Below, one piece after another: positions 58,800 through 64,000 of a stretch of DNA of 64,000 nucleotides. Both the position numbers and the translations under genes were made by a program. Within the stretch, counting starts at the first letter, position 1, and every line of letters begins with the position of its first letter. The notes below the pieces were generated by a model that saw only the letters and a list, made by a program, of their open reading frames with translations, did no database searches and was not told where the DNA came from. The stretch covers positions 146 to 64,145 of the forward strand of contig REDT01000264.1 in NCBI GenBank assembly GCA_007693295.1. Direction: 5' to 3'. The stretch comes from Balneolaceae bacterium. Lineage in GTDB: Bacteria; Bacteroidota; Rhodothermia; Balneolales; Balneolaceae.

Positions 58800-58844
58800 A
58801 AAGTTTTACCAGTGTTCTAAACTATATGATCCTTCAGGTATTGT

Positions 58845-59765
58845 TTATCTTGTTTCTCTTAAACTGTTTCGAAGACGACCGCCACCGGGATTTTCATTCT
58901 CATCATGATCGGTTATCTCTATCGGGATCGATTCACGTTCTTGTTTATCAGTTCGTTTCGTTTGTTTATAAACTCCTATGTCCTCATTTGATAGTTGAAG
59001 TGCCAATTCAGCAAGGTCATTTGCTGTATCTGTTACCTGTGCCTTGTGTTTATTTAGGGATCTGTTACTAAAGTATTTAATAATTGGATAGGACACGAAA
59101 GAGATTATTGCACCGCCTGCTATTCCAGGCCAGGCCGTCTCAAGCAAACTAAAGCTTAATGTGCCGCCTATAACAGCAAAAAGAGGCAGAGTTAGCAGAA
59201 GAGTCCAGGCATAGTCATTTTCGCTACTCCATTCCATATCCCATAATTGCCGTTTGCTTACACGAATTCGAAATTTACCACCCCTGTTTTGAAACAGTAC
59301 ACGGGTGGAATAATATCCCCACTCATCTGTGTAGTGCCATTCCAGGCTTGTTGATGTTTTTCTTACTTTAGCCTTTCCTTTATAGTCGTCCCAGAACTGA
59401 TCCCACCAGTTCACATCTTTATCTGAAGTGCCATAACGGTGATTGAGCTCGGTTACCATATCATCGAGCAGTGTAACATTGGGATCAACATTTATCCAAC
59501 GTTCACATACGATCTCATCTTTCTTAACCGATGCCGCCTCTCTTTTGTCCAATTCAGGGATTGCTGTTCCCTTTTCAAATTCTTCTGCAGCGCGCTGAAT
59601 CAATTCGGGATCAATACCAGATTCGGCGGCTATTTTCTCCAATTCAGACAAAGAGAGTCCCTGCCTTGAACTCTTCTCTCTTAAAACAGATCGTTCGGCT
59701 TCCAGTTCCACGGCACGCTTTATCAAAAGCGAAATCTCTTCTTCTGAATACAGCCGATTCTTCAT
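58845..59765 (-). CDS. Hypothetical membrane protein, last gene of the nfeD-SPFH-SPFH cluster
   Basis: The 306-aa ORF has an N-terminal pair of helical motifs (..EEEISLLIKRAVELE.. and ..LSLSELEKIAAESGIDPELIQRAAEEF..). A Trp-rich soluble domain follows, then two TM helices (..WTLLLTLPLFAVIGG.. and ..GIAGGAIISFVSYPII..) and an acidic tail. I do not recognise the family. Confidence 0.6.
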   Translation of the reverse strand: MKNRLYSEEEISLLIKRAVELEAERSVLREKSSRQGLSLSELEKIAAESGIDPELIQRAAEEFEKGTAIPELDKREAASVKKDEIVCERWINVDPNVTLLDDMVTELNHRYGTSDKDVNWWDQFWDDYKGKAKVRKTSTSLEWHYTDEWGYYSTRVLFQNRGGKFRIRVSKRQLWDMEWSSENDYAWTLLLTLPLFAVIGGTLSFSLLETAWPGIAGGAIISFVSYPIIKYFSNRSLNKHKAQVTDTANDLAELALQLSNEDIGVYKQTKRTDKQERESIPIEITDHDENENPGGGRLRNSLRETR

Positions 59766-59768
59766 GAT

Positions 59769-60710
59769 TTACTTCTTTTTTGAAATCTCATTCAAACCCG
59801 ACAGGGATAAACCATCCATAACAGCATCAAAATTAGAGAGATCTTTCGGCAGAATGACCTGGTTATTTTCTCTGCCTAATCCGGATAATACGCCCAGGTA
59901 CCTCTCTTTAAGCTGCAGCTGCATTGCTTCGGTGCCGTTTGGCTGAGATAGTGCATCCGCAACCTGCTCAATGGAAACGGCGGTAGCTTCGGCAATGGCC
60001 TCAATCTCATTGGCCCACCCCTCCGCCTCGTTAATTCGTCTCTGCATCTCTGCCTCCGAGAGGTTTACCATTTCGGCTCGCCGGCCCTGAGCATCATTTA
60101 CATTGGAATCTCTAACACCTTCCGATCTGGCAATAACTGCACGCCGCTCACGCTCGGCAGTCATCTGACGCTCCATTGCCTTTTGAACCGTTCTCGGCGT
60201 GTGGATATTTTTAATTTCATAACGGTGCACCTTAATTCCCCAAAGCCGCTCAATTTCACTGAGAACCGAAACAACTTCTTTACTCATTTTTGCTCGCTCC
60301 TCAAACGTTTCATCCAGGTCCATTTGGCCGATAACCGACCGGGTTGTGGTTTGGGCCAGCTGCACGGCTGCATACCGGTAATCCGTCACGCCATAGCTTG
60401 CGTTAACAGGGTCCATCACGCTTAGGTAGAGAACCCCGTCTACTTCAACCTTAACGTTATCTTTAGTGAAACACTCCTGCGGCTCCACTTCAATGGTCTC
60501 TTCCCTCAAATCCTGCTTATAAACTACTTTATCGATAAAAGGAATCAGAGCATGAAAACCCGGCCCAAGCGTCTTGTGATAGTTTCCCAATCGTTCAACA
60601 ATGTGCGCATACTGGTTGGGTACCAGCCTCAGGGATTGAAGGAACTTAAATGTTAGGTAAATGGCAAAAAGTGCAAGAAGAAACTGGCTTATTGTGTTTA
60701 TTGCTTCCAT
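59769..60710 (-). CDS. SPFH/Band-7 (stomatin/paraslipin-like) protein, paralog 2
   Basis: The 313-aa ORF has an N-terminal TM and an SPFH core (..RLGNYHKTLGPGFHALIPFID.., ..TKDNV.V.VDG..Y..V.D...ASYGV.DY..A..QLAQTT.RS.IG). A coiled-coil follows (..AEMQRRINEAEG). Confidence 0.9.
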   Translation of the reverse strand: MEAINTISQFLLALFAIYLTFKFLQSLRLVPNQYAHIVERLGNYHKTLGPGFHALIPFIDKVVYKQDLREETIEVEPQECFTKDNVKVEVDGVLYLSVMDPVNASYGVTDYRYAAVQLAQTTTRSVIGQMDLDETFEERAKMSKEVVSVLSEIERLWGIKVHRYEIKNIHTPRTVQKAMERQMTAERERRAVIARSEGVRDSNVNDAQGRRAEMVNLSEAEMQRRINEAEGWANEIEAIAEATAVSIEQVADALSQPNGTEAMQLQLKERYLGVLSGLGRENNQVILPKDLSNFDAVMDGLSLSGLNEISKKK

Positions 60711-60712
60711 GG

Positions 60713-61663
60713 TTATTCTCCTTTTTGTCTGGCGGGTTGTTTATTTGTGGCATTGGCCCCGGTGTGATCACTCATTTTTGATACACCTTCGAAGAACGTT
60801 TTCAGGTTAGCCGTTTCTACAGGAAGTACTGAGACGTTAGAGCTGCTGATTATTTTCCCAAATTGGTCGATATACTGCTCTACCAGCTTGGTTTTTACGG
60901 CAATATCCCCCCCCGGCTTTTCAATAGCCATGGCAATTCTTCGGATGCCGTTGGCGGTAGCCGTTGCCCTGAGTTCAATCTCTTTTGCACGTCCTCTCGC
61001 TTCATTAATGCGGCGCTGACGCTGTGCTTCAGAGATCAATACCTGGCTCTGCTGCTCACCTTTCGATTCATTGATTTTCGCCTCTCTGTAACCTTCAGAG
61101 TTTGTAATATCTGCCCGCTTCTCGCGCTCGGCTTCCATCTGTTTTTCCATGGTGTCGACAATCTCATTTGACGGACGAATATTTCGGATCTCATATCTAA
61201 GCACCTTAACCCCCCAGGGATCTGCTGCCTTGTCGATCTCATTTACAATATTCTCATTCATCATCTCCCTTTCGGAAAAGGTGTCATCCAGAGTGATTTT
61301 CCCGATTTCGCTTCTCATAGTTGTCTGGGCCAGATTGATCGCAGCAGCTCTGTAATCAGATATCCCATAACTGGCTTTGTGAGAGTCCATCACCTTCAGA
61401 TAAGCGATACCGTCAACTGCTACCTCAATATTATCTTTGGTAATACAGGTTTGGCTGGGAACGTCAATCACCTGTTCACGCATCTCCTGGTGATAAGCGG
61501 CCCTGTCGATGAATGGGATCATAAAATGAAAACCCGGTTTCAGCGTCTTCTTGTACTTTCCAAGCCTCTCCTGTATAACTTCCTCACGCATCTCAACGAT
61601 GATGAAAAGCCGCGTAAAGATAACATAGAGGAATACAATCGTAATAAATAAAAATGTCCACAT
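60713..61663 (-). CDS. SPFH/Band-7 (stomatin/paraslipin-like) protein, paralog 1
   Basis: The 316-aa ORF is colinear with its neighbour (..RLGKYKKTLKPGFHFMIPFID.., ..AQRQRRINEARG..). It is separated from both neighbouring genes by 2 nt. Confidence 0.9.
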   Translation of the reverse strand: MWTFLFITIVFLYVIFTRLFIIVEMREEVIQERLGKYKKTLKPGFHFMIPFIDRAAYHQEMREQVIDVPSQTCITKDNIEVAVDGIAYLKVMDSHKASYGISDYRAAAINLAQTTMRSEIGKITLDDTFSEREMMNENIVNEIDKAADPWGVKVLRYEIRNIRPSNEIVDTMEKQMEAEREKRADITNSEGYREAKINESKGEQQSQVLISEAQRQRRINEARGRAKEIELRATATANGIRRIAMAIEKPGGDIAVKTKLVEQYIDQFGKIISSSNVSVLPVETANLKTFFEGVSKMSDHTGANATNKQPARQKGE

Positions 61664-61665
61664 GG

Positions 61666-62163
61666 TTAGTTTCTTTCTGGTGTTTTGGTTTTTTCAATAT
61701 TTGGATCAAATCCTTCAAGAGGTTCCACGATCCATGTGGTATTCTCTCTGTAGCGTATTACCACTTTTTTTCCCGGCCCTACCCGGCCTTCTGTACTCCG
61801 TGCATTCCAGGAAACCCCGTCAAACCGGATTCTGCCACTGTTGTCCTTATCATTAATCTCCTGTATAACCTCTACAACCTGATCCATCGCCTCGTAGTCT
61901 TCGTCGGCATATTTGAAAAAGGTTTCCGGCTTAAAGTACTTTTTGATAATTGGCCTGATTGCAATCGTTAAACCGATGGATGAAAGCAGCCAAACTGCAG
62001 TAGCTGTAACCGGATCGGATAAAAATCCAAGAAACCGGAGTATCCCCACTCCTACCCCGCTAATCCCCAAAAAAAGCGCCACTCCGCCCGGCAGAATGGT
62101 CTCCAGGATCATCAGGGTTATACCTCCGGCAAAAAAAAGCCAGGTAAGAGTTTCCGCATCCAT
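61666..62163 (-). CDS. NfeD-family protein (short, membrane + OB-fold)
   Basis: It has TM helices (..LFFAGGITLMILETILPGG..) and a C-terminal NfeD OB domain (..GRIRFDGVSWNARS...V.PGKKV.I..). The ORF is open to 62271, but the first 36 codons are AT-rich and look non-coding, so the Met at 62163 is preferred. Confidence 0.8.
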   Translation of the reverse strand: MDAETLTWLFFAGGITLMILETILPGGVALFLGISGVGVGILRFLGFLSDPVTATAVWLLSSIGLTIAIRPIIKKYFKPETFFKYADEDYEAMDQVVEVIQEINDKDNSGRIRFDGVSWNARSTEGRVGPGKKVVIRYRENTTWIVEPLEGFDPNIEKTKTPERN

Positions 62164-62371
62164 AGCTATATCGAATAGGTTTATATTAATTGTGTAGATA
62201 GCCAATTTTTGGTTTAATTGCACAATGAAATTTATAAAATCAATACGTGAAATCGGGATAGAAAGATTCATTACAGGCGGGTTGGAATTTTAGTATCGCA
62301 TTTGAATTCATACGCCATTCATATTGATGGAGCAATTTGTAATAATTGGTAATAATTCAAATGGAGAACTC

Positions 62372-64000
62372 ATGAACCTGCTTTCACTTCTTCTATCCAT
62401 TCTTTTTTTAAATACAACATTTGAAATGAATCAGAGCCGTACCGTTGATTCACCTTCCGGTATACATACTGTCACTTTTGAAATTCCGGACGGCTATCCT
62501 CAATATTCCGTGGAAAGAGACGGACAGCCCATTCTCAATCCATCACTGCTGGGTTTTGAACTGCAGGGTGCACCTGATTTGTCAGGGCCGTTTGCGCTGA
62601 TTTCTATAGAAACCAGGACGTTTGATGAGACCTGGACTCAAATCTGGGGAGAAAAGAAACACATTCGCAATCATTTTAACGAACTGAAAATTGACCTGCG
62701 TGAAACCGGCGAATTAGAGAGAGAGCTTTCAATTATATTCAGAGTATTTGATGACGGTATTGGTTTCCGGTACGAGTTTCCTGAACAAGAGAATCTGAAA
62801 GAGTTTAATATTCTGGATGAATTGACCGAATTTAATCTGACCGGAGATCATACTACCTGGTGGATAGGGGCATACCAGTGGAACCGGTTTGAATACCTCA
62901 CCGAAGAGACTCCTCTATCCAAAGCTGACACGGTACATACGCCGTTTACAATGAGAACAGAAAATGGCCTTTACCTCAGTATTCATGAAGCTGCTCTGGT
63001 CGACTATTCAACCATGACTCTTGAGCGAACTGAAGGTTACTCTCTGAAAGCTAATCTAATGCCCTGGCATGACGGGATTCGTGTGCGAACCTCTGCACCA
63101 ACGGTAACGCCCTGGCGTACCATTCAGATTGCAGATAATCCCGGTGATCTGATCACCTCCTACCTGATTCTGAACCTGAATGAACCCAACAAGCTGGAGG
63201 ATACTTCCTGGATCAAGCCTGCAAAATATGTGGGAATATGGTGGGAGATGCACCTGGATAAATCAACCTGGGGACCCGGGCCAAATCACGGGGCTACCAC
63301 AGAGAACACCAAAAGGTATATCGACTTTGCGGCCGAGCATGGTTTTGACCACGTACTGGTTGAGGGATGGAATGTAGGATGGGATGAGAACTGGTACGAG
63401 AGCGGTGCCGTTTTCAGTTTTACCGAACCGATGGAAGATTTTGACCTGGAAGCTATGGCTCAATATGCCCTGGATAGTGGGGTAAGGCTAATGGGGCATC
63501 ACGAGAACTCTGCTACCATCGAACACTATGAGGCCCAGGTTGAAGATGGATTCAAACTCTACAATGAACTGGGAATACGGGCGGTAAAAACAGGTTATGT
63601 TGGCCATGGACAGGAGATCTTTTGGACAGATGAAGAGGGCTACAGAAACTATGAGTGGCATCATGGGCAGCATATGGTGCGACACCACCAGCAGATCGTA
63701 GAACTCGCTGCAGAGTATAAGATTATGCTGAATGTACATGAAGGTGTGAAGGATACCGGACTGCGGCGAACCTGGCCAAATTTAATGACCCGGGAGGTGG
63801 CCCGTGGACAGGAGTATAACGCCTGGGGTGAGGATCAGGGAAATCCACCCAACCATGTTCTCTACCTCCCCTTTACCCGTAATTTAGCCGGTCCATTCGA
63901 CTACACGCCGGGAATTGTGGACTTGTTATTTGATGAGTATAGGCCCGATAACCGAGTGAATCATACCCTTGCCAAGGAGCTGGCTCTCTACGTAGTGATC
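62372..64000 (+). CDS. Glycoside hydrolase family 97 (SusB-like alpha-glucosidase), 3'-truncated by the window end
   Basis: The frame is open from the ATG at 62372 to the window edge (543 codons) and is absent from the ORF track because no stop is reached. It has a signal peptide, MNLLSLLLSILFL. Its conserved strings are GH97-like by recollection (..FRVFDDGIGFRYEFP.., ..WWIGAYQWNRFEY.., ..LYLSIHEAALVDYS.., ..HGFD.VLVEGWN.GW.., ..MREVARGQEYNAWG..). Confidence 0.88.
   Translation, partial: MNLLSLLLSILFLNTTFEMNQSRTVDSPSGIHTVTFEIPDGYPQYSVERDGQPILNPSLLGFELQGAPDLSGPFALISIETRTFDETWTQIWGEKKHIRNHFNELKIDLRETGELERELSIIFRVFDDGIGFRYEFPEQENLKEFNILDELTEFNLTGDHTTWWIGAYQWNRFEYLTEETPLSKADTVHTPFTMRTENGLYLSIHEAALVDYSTMTLERTEGYSLKANLMPWHDGIRVRTSAPTVTPWRTIQIADNPGDLITSYLILNLNEPNKLEDTSWIKPAKYVGIWWEMHLDKSTWGPGPNHGATTENTKRYIDFAAEHGFDHVLVEGWNVGWDENWYESGAVFSFTEPMEDFDLEAMAQYALDSGVRLMGHHENSATIEHYEAQVEDGFKLYNELGIRAVKTGYVGHGQEIFWTDEEGYRNYEWHHGQHMVRHHQQIVELAAEYKIMLNVHEGVKDTGLRRTWPNLMTREVARGQEYNAWGEDQGNPPNHVLYLPFTRNLAGPFDYTPGIVDLLFDEYRPDNRVNHTLAKELALYVVI

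Overview
This is a 64-kb chromosomal window from an AT-leaning bacterium. Gene content (GH97, TonB, SPOR, many lipoproteins with L-x-[SA]-C lipoboxes, little Shine-Dalgarno signal) suggests an FCB-group organism such as Bacteroidota, Balneolota or Rhodothermota, but this is a low-confidence guess. The window is densely packed, mostly with core housekeeping genes. In order they are: GntP permease; leuS; aguB-like amidase; pckA; deoC plus two ALDH-family genes; a SPOR lipoprotein; ychF; a metallophosphoesterase; nusB; tRNA-Val; dcp; a multi-PAS histidine kinase; the thrS-infC-rpmI-rplT-pheS-pheT block; zapA; trhA; a YmdB-like gene; a lolD-like gene; fused isobutyryl-CoA mutase (icmF); an MscS channel; pncB and pncA; tRNA-Ser; a TonB-like gene; murQ; accC; crtB; a LacI regulator with purC; bioC and a bioH-like gene; a complete minus-strand trp operon (trpE-trpS-trpG-trpD-trpC-trpF-trpB-trpA); an nfeD-SPFH-SPFH-unknown operon; and a 3'-truncated GH97 glycosidase that runs off the window end and is missing from the ORF track. 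I found no transposase, integrase, phage, CRISPR-cas or recognisable defence genes, so I cannot point to a clear novel protein-coding system. The signals most worth a second look are non-coding. (1) A textbook leader-peptide attenuator (MMKTNVHTNWWWPGPTYLAVESL plus an intrinsic terminator) sits behind a near-consensus TTGACA-16-TATAAT promoter upstream of trpE. (2) trpS is embedded as the second gene of that attenuated operon. (3) At least three families of palindromic intergenic repeats occupy 6 of the 7 intercistronic junctions of the trp operon and recur elsewhere in the window. (4) A roughly 350-nt mirror-symmetric array of about 20-nt hairpin units lies between two convergent genes. On the protein side, three things stand out: an ALDH-like protein lacking the whole catalytic domain, an FAD oxidoreductase whose Rossmann N-terminus has no canonical start codon, and an uncharacterised membrane protein attached to a tandem SPFH/NfeD operon.
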